NCBI GenBank assembly: GCA_002435905.1
Contig: DIWW01000002.1
Location: 26,141 to 90,140 of the forward strand
Direction of reading: 5' to 3'
DNA: 64,000 nt
Origin: Peptococcaceae bacterium UBA6096
GTDB taxonomy: Bacteria > Bacillota > Peptococcia > DRI-13 > UBA5745
In this document: positions 30,673-40,350 of the stretch, one piece after another
How positions within the stretch are numbered: position 1 is the first letter of the stretch
Layout: every line of letters starts with the position of its first letter
Made by a program: the position numbers and the translations under genes
Notes under the pieces: generated by a model
Databases searched by the model: none
What the model was told of the DNA's origin: nothing
What the model saw: only the letters and a program-made list of their open reading frames with translations

Positions 30673-31785
30673 ATGAAATTATGGACCCATCGACTTTTTG
30701 GGAAAGACCGTGCCGCCGCACTGCTGATCCTGACCGGGGCTTTTCTATTGGGCGCCTGCGGCGGGTCGGCTTCAACCAATCCCTCTTCAACGAAAACAAC
30801 GGCGCCAGATCCTGCCTCTGCAATCCCTGCCGATCAAAAAACACTGCGGGATATCTATTTGGCCGGCGGCTGTTTTTGGGGCGTTGAAGCTTACATGAGC
30901 CGCATCGACGGGATTGTGGACGCCATCGCCGGTTATGCCAATGGCCGCACAGAGAACCCTAAATATGAAGATTTGATTTATCGAAATTCCGGTCATGCGG
31001 AAACGGTCATGGTGCGCTATGATCCCGCTCAGATCTCTTTGGACGAGGTGCTGATTTATTATTTCAGGATCATCGATCCCACCAGTCTGAATAAGCAGGG
31101 CAACGACCAGGGCATCCAATACCGCACAGGGATCTATTATCAGGATCCAGCGGATCTGGAGGTGATCCAAAACCGGATCAAGGAAGTTCAAAAAGCCTAC
31201 GGAAAATCTCTGGCGGTGGAGGTGAAGCCCTTGGAACAGTTTTTTAATGCAGAGGATTACCATCAGGATTATCTTGAGAAAAATCCGGGAGGGTATTGCC
31301 ATATCGACTTGGCAAAGGCCAATGAGCCCGTCATCAGGATCAGTCAGTATCCCAGACCTTCCGATGAGGAGATTGCCAAAATGCTTACCGCAGAGCAATA
31401 CGCTGTGACCCAAGAAAATGCCACGGAAGCACCGTATACCAATTTGTATGATAAGAATTTTGAAAAGGGTATCTATGTGGATGTGGTGACCGGGGAACCG
31501 CTGTTTTCATCAAAGGACAAGTTCCATTCCGGCAGCGGTTGGCCAAGCTTTACAAAACCCATTGTTGATTATGTGGTGACTTACCGAAACGATGGAGGCC
31601 ATGGCATGACACGGACCGAGGTGCGAAGCCGCAGCGCAGATTCTCACCTTGGACACCGCTTTGACGATGGTCCGCCGGATCAAGGGGGCCTGCGATTCTG
31701 CATCAACTCGGCTGCTTTACGCTTTATCCCACTGGAGGATATGGATCCGCAGGGATATGGCGCTTTTCGCCTTTGGGTGGATTAA
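30673..31785 (+). CDS. msrAB: Bifunctional peptide-methionine sulfoxide reductase MsrA/MsrB, lipoprotein/secreted form
   Basis: Lipobox LLGAC. MsrA active site GGCFWGVE. MsrB motifs GSGWPSF and RFCINS. Confidence 0.9.
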   Translation: MKLWTHRLFGKDRAAALLILTGAFLLGACGGSASTNPSSTKTTAPDPASAIPADQKTLRDIYLAGGCFWGVEAYMSRIDGIVDAIAGYANGRTENPKYEDLIYRNSGHAETVMVRYDPAQISLDEVLIYYFRIIDPTSLNKQGNDQGIQYRTGIYYQDPADLEVIQNRIKEVQKAYGKSLAVEVKPLEQFFNAEDYHQDYLEKNPGGYCHIDLAKANEPVIRISQYPRPSDEEIAKMLTAEQYAVTQENATEAPYTNLYDKNFEKGIYVDVVTGEPLFSSKDKFHSGSGWPSFTKPIVDYVVTYRNDGGHGMTRTEVRSRSADSHLGHRFDDGPPDQGGLRFCINSAALRFIPLEDMDPQGYGAFRLWVD

Positions 31786-31803
31786 CGAAGCACATAGGCG
31801 CTC

Positions 31804-31832
31804 GCAAAACCGGCTAAACAGCCGTTTTTTGC
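31804..31832 (+). terminator. Rho-independent terminator
   Basis: GCAAAACCGGCT-AAAC-AGCCGTTTTTTGC. Confidence 0.65.
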
Positions 31833-31922
31833 GGGCGTTTTTTGTTGAATAAGGTATTATTTCCCAACATTCGTGCTATAATCGTAAAGAAAAAGCCTAT
31901 CGAAAAGGAGTTGTCACTTCCC

Positions 31923-33299
31923 TTGAAAAGCAAATTCACCCTTCTGCGCAGCATGCTTACGTTCTTTCTGGCGATTACCTATTTGGGCAACTTATTCGTA
32001 CAGTCTCAATGGATGGATCGACTGGACCTGGCGATTCTGGTCGTGATCATTTTAATGTCCTTCACCGTAGTGACCGGATCCTCCAAAATCATCGGCTATT
32101 GCACGTTCATCATCAGCATCTCGCTTTTTTTCCTCTGCCGCGCGCCTTTAAGTGAATGGGAAGCGGCGCTGAGGGAAAATCTGGATATGGTGATCATGTT
32201 TATTTTGATTCCACTGGTGGGGATCCCCATTCAATACGGAGGTTATTTTTCGGCGCTGCAAAGCGTTTTTCGTCGTTACATCAAGACCAACAGCCGTTTC
32301 TACTTACTGGTCAGCTCGGCGGCTGCTTTCCTGGGCGTCTTGATCAATTTGGCGGTGGTCCCTCTTGTGTACCAAATCAGCAAAGCCAGCACCATCAGCA
32401 GCAACAAAAAACTGCTCAGCTCTGCCATGAGCCGTGGTTTTGCAACGGTGACGATCTGGGCGCCGACGACGGCCGCCATTGCCTTGATCATGCGGCTGTG
32501 CGGCGCAGAATGGCCTGCCTTTTTTCCTTACGGACTGACCTGCGGCGTGATTGCCGGGGTCGTTGGATCCATGCTGACGAATCATGAAGAGAAGAAACGG
32601 GTTTCCAACATAGAAAACGAGACAACGGAATCTGTCTCAAAGGAAGAACTCCATAAAGTCATTGAATTAGGCGCATTCGGGATCGCGCTGGTTGTTTTCA
32701 TTACCTTGATATCCCACTTTGCCAAGATCCCTACGATCCTTGTTGTATCCCTGGCTTCCGTGCTTTACCCTATGGTTTGGATGGGGCTGATCGGCAAATT
32801 TTCGCTCTATCTCCGGCAATTCCGGGCTGAATACTTCAGAGAGACTCTCCCCAGAGTTAAAAATGAAGTGGTTCTTTTCATGGGGGCCGGATTTTTTGTC
32901 AACAGCATCACCTACGCCGATCTGGGGGATTATATACCAAGGTTCTTAAGCTGGGTCGTTGGCAGCAACACCTTTTTGCTAACGGTCGTTGTGATTTTTG
33001 CCAGCCTGATCATTTCCGGGGTGGGTGTCCATCCCATCATTCCGGTCATGATCATTGGCGGTACGGTACGTCCGGAAGCCTTTGGTGTGACGCCTGTTTA
33101 TTTGTCGCTGCTGCTTTCCATCAGCTGGTCCATGGGGGTCACCATTTCTCCGACCTCAGCCACGGTTATTGCCACCTCCAGCCTGACCGGGGAATCGCCC
33201 TTTCAGATTGGGATCCGTTGGAACAGCCTCTATGTGCTGATCACCACACTGTGCATCATCGCCTTCCTGACCATTGTCCATGGACTGGGTCTTATTTAA
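31923..33299 (+). CDS. Multi-pass membrane permease of unknown specificity
   Basis: About 12 hydrophobic segments. TGCTATAAT (extended -10, 31874-31882) lies inside the ORF-track N-terminus. The in-frame TTG 31923 (12 nt after GGAG) or ATG 31953 is therefore the likelier start. Confidence 0.6.
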   Translation: MKSKFTLLRSMLTFFLAITYLGNLFVQSQWMDRLDLAILVVIILMSFTVVTGSSKIIGYCTFIISISLFFLCRAPLSEWEAALRENLDMVIMFILIPLVGIPIQYGGYFSALQSVFRRYIKTNSRFYLLVSSAAAFLGVLINLAVVPLVYQISKASTISSNKKLLSSAMSRGFATVTIWAPTTAAIALIMRLCGAEWPAFFPYGLTCGVIAGVVGSMLTNHEEKKRVSNIENETTESVSKEELHKVIELGAFGIALVVFITLISHFAKIPTILVVSLASVLYPMVWMGLIGKFSLYLRQFRAEYFRETLPRVKNEVVLFMGAGFFVNSITYADLGDYIPRFLSWVVGSNTFLLTVVVIFASLIISGVGVHPIIPVMIIGGTVRPEAFGVTPVYLSLLLSISWSMGVTISPTSATVIATSSLTGESPFQIGIRWNSLYVLITTLCIIAFLTIVHGLGLI

Positions 33300-33343
33300 A
33301 TCCTTTTGCTTTGACCGAATGAACTATGAAATGGAGATCTGCC

Positions 33344-34585
33344 ATGTTCCGGAAATATCTGCAAATGTACAGGGGGATTCTTTTGTGCGCTCTGGTTTCG
33401 CTGGGGATCGGGATCATTGCCGGGATGATCGATGCGGTGTTCGGCAGGACCTTATTATGGATCACAGATTTCAGAATGGCGCACGCTTTGCTGCTTGTGC
33501 CATTTCTGCCGTTGGGCGGCCTTTTGATCCTATGGATGTATAAAAGGTTCAGCCAGGAGTCTTTCAAGGGAATGAGTCTGGTTTTCGAGGCAGGTTTCGG
33601 TTTTCGCGACCGGATCCCGGCGGTTTTGATACCGCTGGTCATGGTCAGCACCTGGATCACCCATCTGTTCGGCGGAAGCGCCGGTCGGGAGGGGGTGGCG
33701 GTCCAGCTGGGGGCGACGGTGGCCAATGCCTTTAGCCGGAGAATCGATTTGCCCAATGGTCCCAGGATCTTTCTGATTGCCGGGATGGCGGCCGGATTTG
33801 CGGGATTGTTTCAAACACCCCTTGCGGCGACATTCTTTGCCATGGAGGTCCTTGTGGCCGGTTCCCTTCAATATGAAGCGCTGCTTCCGGCCATCACCGC
33901 AGCCTATGCGGCCAGTTATACGTCCCATTGGCTTGGCCTGGAAAAATTTACAGTTAAACTTTCTGAGGCGATGATTGTTGAGCCGAGCACGATCCTGAAG
34001 CTGATCGCAGCCGGGATCGCCTTTGGGATCGTCGGCGGGTTATTTGCCCATTTCCTGGATATCTCCAAGAACCGCTTCAGCACGCTGATCAAGGATCCAT
34101 TCAAAAAAATTGCCTTTATGGGATGCGTTCTCGCTGTGCTCCTGCTGGTTTTTCAGATGGGCAGATATGGCGGACTCGGAACCAATCTGATTCTTGCCAG
34201 TTTTTCAGGGGAGATGATTTATTCCTATGATTGGCTTTTGAAACTGGCTTTAACGGTGCTGACGTTGTCTGCCGGATATCAGGGGGGCGAAGTGACGCCT
34301 TTGTTTGCCATCGGCGCCAGTCTGGGTGTGGTTTTAGCCAAGCTGCTTGGCCTCCCTGTGATGCTGACGGCAGCCCTGGGGTATGCGGCCGTTTTCGGAA
34401 GCGCCACGAATACACTGCTGGCACCGATTCTGATTGGCGCGGAAGTCTTTGGATCAAGCAACGTGGTTTATTTTGCCGCGGTATGTTCACTGGCCTATGT
34501 GTTTAATGGGAACCGGACGATCTATTCAAAACAGAAAAAATTCAACTATTTTGATGGGCAGGCCAGTGGGGAGGAAGACCAATAG
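33344..34585 (+). CDS. CLC-family anion channel/antiporter, CLC-F (fluoride/proton antiporter) subtype
   Basis: GGSAGREGVAVQLG (gating Glu) and GYQGGEVTPLFAIGA match the CLC-F signature rather than canonical GSGIP/GKEGP/GxFxP. ATG 33326 is an alternative start. Confidence 0.75.
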   Translation: MFRKYLQMYRGILLCALVSLGIGIIAGMIDAVFGRTLLWITDFRMAHALLLVPFLPLGGLLILWMYKRFSQESFKGMSLVFEAGFGFRDRIPAVLIPLVMVSTWITHLFGGSAGREGVAVQLGATVANAFSRRIDLPNGPRIFLIAGMAAGFAGLFQTPLAATFFAMEVLVAGSLQYEALLPAITAAYAASYTSHWLGLEKFTVKLSEAMIVEPSTILKLIAAGIAFGIVGGLFAHFLDISKNRFSTLIKDPFKKIAFMGCVLAVLLLVFQMGRYGGLGTNLILASFSGEMIYSYDWLLKLALTVLTLSAGYQGGEVTPLFAIGASLGVVLAKLLGLPVMLTAALGYAAVFGSATNTLLAPILIGAEVFGSSNVVYFAAVCSLAYVFNGNRTIYSKQKKFNYFDGQASGEEDQ

Positions 34586-34742
34586 GCTGCAAAGAATGTG
34601 CAAATCATCCATTCGTTGAAGATACAGTTGATTACGTATTTATATTGATTTATAATCAATAAGAGTGTTTTATATTGATACGCAGCATGGTTATTTAAAT
34701 CTTTGAAGTCGTTGTTATAAGTAGAATGGGAGGACGGTTCAT

Positions 34743-36377
34743 ATGCCTATTACTGAATTCTTAGCGCGGAACGCAAAGCTTTACAGACAGGAAACCTGCC
34801 TGACGGAGATCAATCTGGATCTTCAGGATCGGCACAATGTGATCTGGCATGAGTACGAATTGATTGAAAATAATCCGGCCGGTGAATACCGCCGTGAAAT
34901 GACCTGGGGGGTTTTTGAAGAAAAAGCCAACCGCTTTGCCAATTTATTGTTGAAGCGGGGAATCAAAAAAGGAGATAAGGTTGCCATCCTCATGATGAAT
35001 TGTTTGGAGTGGCTGCCGATCTACTTTGGAATTTTAAAGACGGGAGCCATCGCAGTTCCGCTTAATTTCCGATATTCCGCGGAAGAGATAAAATATTGTC
35101 TCGGTTTATCCGACACCATCGCATTGATTTTTGGACCGGAATTCATTGGCCGGCTGGAGTCCATCTATGACCAGATCCCGAAAGTGAAGATGCTGCTGTA
35201 TGCAGGGGAGGGGCGTCCTTCCTTCGCAGAAAGCTATGACCGGCTGACGGCCAATTATTCTTCAGAGGACCCCAAGATCCAGATGACAGACGATGATGAC
35301 GCGGTGATTTATTTCTCATCAGGGACCACGGGCTTTCCCAAAGCCATTCTCCATACACACCGCAGTTTGATGTCCGCATGCTATACAGAGCAGAAGCATC
35401 ACGGCCAAAACCGGGAGGATAATTTTTTATGTATCCCTCCGCTTTACCATACGGGCGCTAAAATGCATTGGTTTGGCAGTCTGCTGTCGGGAAGCAAGGC
35501 CGTTTTGCTTCGGGGAATCAGGCCTGACTGGATCCTAAAAACAGTTTCCGAAGAAAAGATCTCCAATGTCTGGCTCTTGGTTCCTTGGGCCCAGGATATT
35601 CTGGACGCCATTGACCGGGGCGATGTGAAACTTGATGACTATGATCTCTCCCACTGGCGGCTGATGCATATCGGCGCGCAGCCGGTTCCTCCCAGTCTGA
35701 TCCATCGCTGGAAAACCTATTTTCCCAACCATCTCTATGATACGAATTACGGTTTAAGCGAATCCATCGGTCCCGGCTGTGTCCATCTGGGAACCGAAAA
35801 CATCCATAAAGTCGGCGCCATCGGTGTGCCGGGCTATGGATGGGAAGTCAATATCGTCGATGAATTCCGGATCCCGGTTGCCCAGGGCCAAGTAGGGGAA
35901 TTGCGTGTCAAAGGCCCGGGCGTCATGAAATGCTACTATAACGATCCGGAAGCCACCGCCGCAGTCCTCAAGGACGGCTGGTTGCTGACGGGTGATATGG
36001 CCCGGATGGATGAGGATGGTTTTATTTATCTGGTGGACCGTAAAAAAGATGTGATCATCAGCGGCGGAGAGAATCTATATCCGGTACAAATCGAAGATTT
36101 TCTCCGTGCCCATGCTTCCATCAAGGATGTGGCAGTCATCGGATTGCCCGATAAACGGCTCGGCGAGATTGCGGCTGCCATCATTGAATTGAAGACGGGC
36201 CATCAGTGCAGCGAAGAAGATATCGAGGCTTTTTGTACTTCCCTGCCCCGGTATAAACGTCCCAAGACGATTATTTTTGATCAAGTCCCGCGTAATCCCA
36301 CCGGCAAGATCGAGAAACCCCGCCTGCGGGAAAAATACGGTGCCATGAGCCTTGTGGCGTCACAAATGGAGAATTAG
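34743..36377 (+). CDS. AMP-dependent acyl-CoA synthetase/ligase (class I adenylate-forming)
   Basis: AMP-binding motif YFSSGTTGFPKA, with GDMARMDEDGFIYLVDRKKD and a terminal GKIEK. Confidence 0.9.
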   Translation: MPITEFLARNAKLYRQETCLTEINLDLQDRHNVIWHEYELIENNPAGEYRREMTWGVFEEKANRFANLLLKRGIKKGDKVAILMMNCLEWLPIYFGILKTGAIAVPLNFRYSAEEIKYCLGLSDTIALIFGPEFIGRLESIYDQIPKVKMLLYAGEGRPSFAESYDRLTANYSSEDPKIQMTDDDDAVIYFSSGTTGFPKAILHTHRSLMSACYTEQKHHGQNREDNFLCIPPLYHTGAKMHWFGSLLSGSKAVLLRGIRPDWILKTVSEEKISNVWLLVPWAQDILDAIDRGDVKLDDYDLSHWRLMHIGAQPVPPSLIHRWKTYFPNHLYDTNYGLSESIGPGCVHLGTENIHKVGAIGVPGYGWEVNIVDEFRIPVAQGQVGELRVKGPGVMKCYYNDPEATAAVLKDGWLLTGDMARMDEDGFIYLVDRKKDVIISGGENLYPVQIEDFLRAHASIKDVAVIGLPDKRLGEIAAAIIELKTGHQCSEEDIEAFCTSLPRYKRPKTIIFDQVPRNPTGKIEKPRLREKYGAMSLVASQMEN

Positions 36378-36408
36378 GGCAGTAGCTGCCCGGTCTATAG
36401 AGGAAACG

Positions 36409-36440
36409 CAAGCCGCCTTTGAATGTAGGCGGCTTGTTTT
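36409..36440 (+). terminator. Rho-independent terminator
   Basis: CAAGCCGCCT-loop-AGGCGGCTTG followed by TTTT. Confidence 0.8.
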
Positions 36441-36770
36441 ATAGCCTTAGAAATAAATTGCATATGATCATAAATATGACTGGAAAAATAAATTTAAGTG
36501 TGTTAGAATCAAATAAGCAGAAAACTCAGAAATATCAGAAAAATAAGAAAAGATTGATATAGGGGGGCAATGACGGCAGGAACGTATTTGGACGCTTGTC
36601 CCTGTCAGAGCCAGTAGCGTAACCGACCGAAAGGCCGGTTTTTTGTTTTTTTATGGACGGATCTTAAAGGGGGTGGCGGCGCCTAGAGAAGAGCGGACAA
36701 ATGATACAAAGGAACCTACCATTGAAACATCACTCACACCATCAGATGAAAATAATGAGGAGGAATAAGG

Positions 36771-37853
36771 ATGAAAAAGACGAGAAAGAGCCTGGCCTTT
36801 CTGACAATCCTGGCGATGCTGGTTTCCCTTTGCGCGGCGCCTGCCTTTGCGGGTGCCAACTTGATAACCAATGGTGATTTTGAGGGTGGAAACACTGGAT
36901 TTGACACGGAGTATACTTATCTTGATCCTGCCAATACCGGCACATGGACCTTAGGGCCCGAATATATGTATACCGTTTCCACAAACCCCCATGATTATCA
37001 TAGCGCCTGGGCAGCCTTTGGAGACCATACAAGCGGCACAGGCAAGATGATGATCGTCAACGGAACATACTTGAATCAGATCACAAGAGTCGTATGGTCC
37101 CAGGATGTTTCATTGGAAGCTGCAGCCTCCAATTCTGAAGGCTGGGAATTGTGGGCAGGATCAGGTCAGAAATGGAACGTGGGCATGGCTTATATCTCAA
37201 ATACGGAAGATAAAATCTGTGTCCGACTGGTCCTCAATCATAAAGCCGTCAATGGGAACTTCAAGATGACGGAAGTGCACCTTGCGATTGGGGATTCATT
37301 GGCGGACATTCCTCAGACTAAAAATGGCAATCCGATTCCCGGCCAGTTCCCGGTCCATGCTGAGTTCGATCCAGGTGTGTACGAATATGAATATTGTTTC
37401 GATAATGAATGGGACATGGGTACAGAATTATTCATTGCCACCCATGCCGTCATGGAACGGCCAGAAATCAGCCACATGGAAGGTGACATCAAAGTCATTG
37501 ATCAGGCTGCCCAATCAGAAACCCTTTGGGGCAACTGCAATCCTTTCCCAGGAAAGAACTGGGCAAGATTTATCCGTTATACAACCCAGGCTTCCCAAGC
37601 AGTCACGTATCGGTTGACCTTCTGGGCCAGAAGCACCTATCCTGACGCACCGGCCATTTTGCAGGTCAAAGAGGGAGAAACGGTTCTTGGCACGCTGGAT
37701 CTGACTTCCGACACAACTTTGTGGTCGAAGTTCCAGCATGACTTCACGGTGCCTGCGGATACGGACACAAAAATAGAGATTCGTGACCTTCGTCTGGTCG
37801 CCTCCGGCGATGACTTCTGTATCGATGATATTTCTCTTGAAAAGTTAGATTAG
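36771..37853 (+). CDS. Secreted protein with N- and C-terminal carbohydrate-binding-module-like jelly-roll segments
   Basis: Signal peptide ..CAAPAFA. NLITNGDFEGGNTGF is typical of CBM4/9-like domains. The C-terminal YRLTFWARS...FCIDDISLEK is a similar beta-sandwich signature. RBS GAGGAGGA. Confidence 0.65.
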   Translation: MKKTRKSLAFLTILAMLVSLCAAPAFAGANLITNGDFEGGNTGFDTEYTYLDPANTGTWTLGPEYMYTVSTNPHDYHSAWAAFGDHTSGTGKMMIVNGTYLNQITRVVWSQDVSLEAAASNSEGWELWAGSGQKWNVGMAYISNTEDKICVRLVLNHKAVNGNFKMTEVHLAIGDSLADIPQTKNGNPIPGQFPVHAEFDPGVYEYEYCFDNEWDMGTELFIATHAVMERPEISHMEGDIKVIDQAAQSETLWGNCNPFPGKNWARFIRYTTQASQAVTYRLTFWARSTYPDAPAILQVKEGETVLGTLDLTSDTTLWSKFQHDFTVPADTDTKIEIRDLRLVASGDDFCIDDISLEKLD

Positions 37854-37886
37854 CGATTCAAAGAATCTGCGGCAAATGCGGTTCAA

Positions 37887-37925
37887 GGAAAGACGGGCCC
37901 GCCCCGATTAGGAGCGGGCCTTTCC
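37887..37925 (+). terminator. Terminator-like GC-rich hairpin
   Basis: GGAAAG(ACGG)GCCCGC-loop-GCGGGCCTTTCC. Confidence 0.6.
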
Positions 37926-38057
37926 ATGGGTAAGCCATTGAGTTACTTAAAAAAATCCAAAACCTAAACAAATCACATCTATGATATAATGTAATCAGAA
38001 AATTCCAATTTGAGTATAGGCAATCAAAGCCAACAGGAGGATCGGGAGGTGCTTAAC

Positions 38058-39335
38058 ATGAAGTCCCTGAATCTCAAAGCGATTACTGGGATCCTTTGTC
38101 TGTTATTGATCTTGCCATCCTGCGCTTCCGGATTTTTGGCAGGGAAGTCCACAGATCTGATGAAGGGTATCCAGCCGGCGCAGCAAGGTTCCATCCAAGC
38201 GCCTGATGAGCGAGCCCGTAAGGATATCAACCGCTTTTCCTCGTCGTTGTTCGTTTCAGAAGCTGAAAATCAGGGAAACATCATGATTTCGCCTGCATCG
38301 GTTTACTTTGCATTGGCCATGGCGCTGAACGGCGCTGATCAGGAAACCAAAGTTAAAATGCTGGAGGTCTTGGCAGAGAAGGGTGTGCCAGCGGATCAGG
38401 TCAACAAAGCCTGCAGGGATTGGAAGGCGATGCTTGCAAAAACCGGCAGCAAGACCACCTTGGACATTGCCAACGCCATTTGGTACCACCAGGATTTTTT
38501 GCCGGCCCAAGCTTTTTTGCAAAGCAACGCGGATTCCTTTGGCGCTGACGCGCGAAAACTGGATTTTCGAGACAGCAGTGCGCCAGAAACCATCAACCAA
38601 TGGATCAGCGACGCAACCAAGGGCACCATCGATCAGATGATCGAAGCCATCGATCCGGCGGTGGTCATGTATCTGATCAACACGGTGTATTTCAAATCGG
38701 ATTGGCAGACGCCTTTTGATAAAAACCAAACCCAAAATCAGACGTTTAATACACCAAAAGGCCCTGTTGAAACCCCCTTTCTTCACCGAATCGGAGATAT
38801 GGCGTATTTTACCGGAAATGGCGCCCAGGGCGTCATCCTTCCTTATGACGATGGGAGCTTTGCTTATTTTGCCCTTTTGCCTGATGGGCAGGTCACACCG
38901 CGGGAATGGATCGCACAACAGGAAGCTGATACGCTGATGGAGACCATCACCGGGCTGCTCGACCGTTCATCGGAGTACCCAACGGAGCTTGCCCTGCCAA
39001 AGTATACAGCGCGTTTCGAGGACAGTCTTAAAGACGAATTGACCAAGCTGGGCATGGGCATCGCTTTCGATCCGGAGAATGCGGATTTTTCTCGGATGAA
39101 TGAGTCCGGAGAAAAGAATCTCTACATCAGCGAAGTGAAGCATAAGACTTACGTGCGTGTGGATGAAAAGGGGACGGAAGCCTCTGCGGCGACTTCCGTC
39201 GAGGTATCCGTGACCAGTATGCCGATGTTTGAAAGGAAGATGGTCTATGATCGTCCGTTTATCTACGGCATCATGGATACGCAGACCGGCGTGCCGCTTT
39301 TTCTGGGCATTTTGGAGGACCCTGTCGTCCGCTGA
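38058..39335 (+). CDS. Serpin-family protease inhibitor, lipoprotein
   Basis: Lipobox ILPSC. ISPASVYFALAMALNGA near the N-terminus, a hinge-like GTEASAATSVEV, and a C-terminal RPFIYGIMDTQTGVPLFLGILEDP serpin signature. Confidence 0.85.
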   Translation: MKSLNLKAITGILCLLLILPSCASGFLAGKSTDLMKGIQPAQQGSIQAPDERARKDINRFSSSLFVSEAENQGNIMISPASVYFALAMALNGADQETKVKMLEVLAEKGVPADQVNKACRDWKAMLAKTGSKTTLDIANAIWYHQDFLPAQAFLQSNADSFGADARKLDFRDSSAPETINQWISDATKGTIDQMIEAIDPAVVMYLINTVYFKSDWQTPFDKNQTQNQTFNTPKGPVETPFLHRIGDMAYFTGNGAQGVILPYDDGSFAYFALLPDGQVTPREWIAQQEADTLMETITGLLDRSSEYPTELALPKYTARFEDSLKDELTKLGMGIAFDPENADFSRMNESGEKNLYISEVKHKTYVRVDEKGTEASAATSVEVSVTSMPMFERKMVYDRPFIYGIMDTQTGVPLFLGILEDPVVR

Positions 39336-39381
39336 ATCGCTTATGATACGTATCAATAAGATGCTGTAAGGGGGTGGGTTT

Positions 39382-40230
39382 ATGAAATGGAGAGGAAGGC
39401 GAACCAGCCAGAACGTGGAGGACCAAAGAGGGCGCACCATGAAAGGCCTTGCCGGGGGCGGGATCGGCACCATTATCATTGCGCTGCTGATTATGTTCCT
39501 CGGCGGGGATCCCTCTGTCGTGTTGGAAAATAACCAGTTCTCCACGCAAACCTCAACGTCTGAATACGTTGAAACTGCGGAAGAAAAAGAACTGGCCGAT
39601 TTTGTTTCTGTGGTCTTGGCAGAGACCGAAGGCGTCTGGACGGAAGTCTTGAGAAAAGAAAATGTCGAGTACGTCGAACCGAAGCTGGTGCTTTTCTCAG
39701 GCAGCGTTCAATCAGCCTGCGGAACGGCCGGTTCATCCACGGGGCCCTTTTACTGTCCAGCCGATGGAAAGGTGTACATCGATCTAAGCTTCTACAATGA
39801 ACTTCAGGAGCGTTTTAAAGCCCCCGGCGATTTTGCCATGGCCTATGTCATCGCCCATGAGGTGGGGCATCATGTTCAAAATATCCTGGGGATCACCGAA
39901 CAGGTCATGGCGGTGCGTGAAAAAGTAAGTGAAACGGAGTATAACCGATACTCTGTCCGGATGGAACTCCAGGCGGATTATCTTGCCGGCGTATGGGCCT
40001 ATCACGCAAAACGCATGAATATCCTTGACGAAGGCGATATTGAAGAAGCACTCAATGCCGCCAGCGCCATCGGTGATGACCGGATACAGAAAAATACCTA
40101 TGGATACGTGGTGCCGGATAGTTTCACCCATGGAACCTCGGAACAAAGAAGCCGCTGGTTTAAAAAAGGCTTTGTTACGGGCGATCTCAGTCAATGGGAT
40201 ACGTTTTCAGTCGAGGATGAGAATCTGTAA
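39382..40230 (+). CDS. Putative neutral zinc metallopeptidase (YpfJ/Zn_peptidase family), membrane-anchored
   Basis: The N-terminus MKWRGRRTSQNVEDQRG plus a TM helix. Contains GPFYCP and the HEVGHHVQ zinc motif. Confidence 0.8.
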   Translation: MKWRGRRTSQNVEDQRGRTMKGLAGGGIGTIIIALLIMFLGGDPSVVLENNQFSTQTSTSEYVETAEEKELADFVSVVLAETEGVWTEVLRKENVEYVEPKLVLFSGSVQSACGTAGSSTGPFYCPADGKVYIDLSFYNELQERFKAPGDFAMAYVIAHEVGHHVQNILGITEQVMAVREKVSETEYNRYSVRMELQADYLAGVWAYHAKRMNILDEGDIEEALNAASAIGDDRIQKNTYGYVVPDSFTHGTSEQRSRWFKKGFVTGDLSQWDTFSVEDENL

Positions 40231-40350
40231 AACGACACGCCATTGTGATGGCATATGAAAAAGGAGGGAGCGCTTGGCCATAGCATAATAATTTGCCGGA
40301 CAGGCAGGCTGGGATAACATATAAAAGATTAAAATTGAGGAGGGTATATT

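Noticed and set aside
31786-33343. Search for a fluoride (crcB-motif) riboswitch upstream of the CLC-F gene or its upstream partner.
   Set aside because: The conserved fluoride-aptamer core elements, as I recall them, are absent. The available untranslated space after the predicted -10 box is only ~40 nt.
38256-39545. Two long minus-strand ORFs (220 aa and 192 aa) across the serpin and peptidase genes.
   Set aside because: Both are antisense to well-supported plus-strand genes. Their composition is Arg-rich and they have no RBSs.
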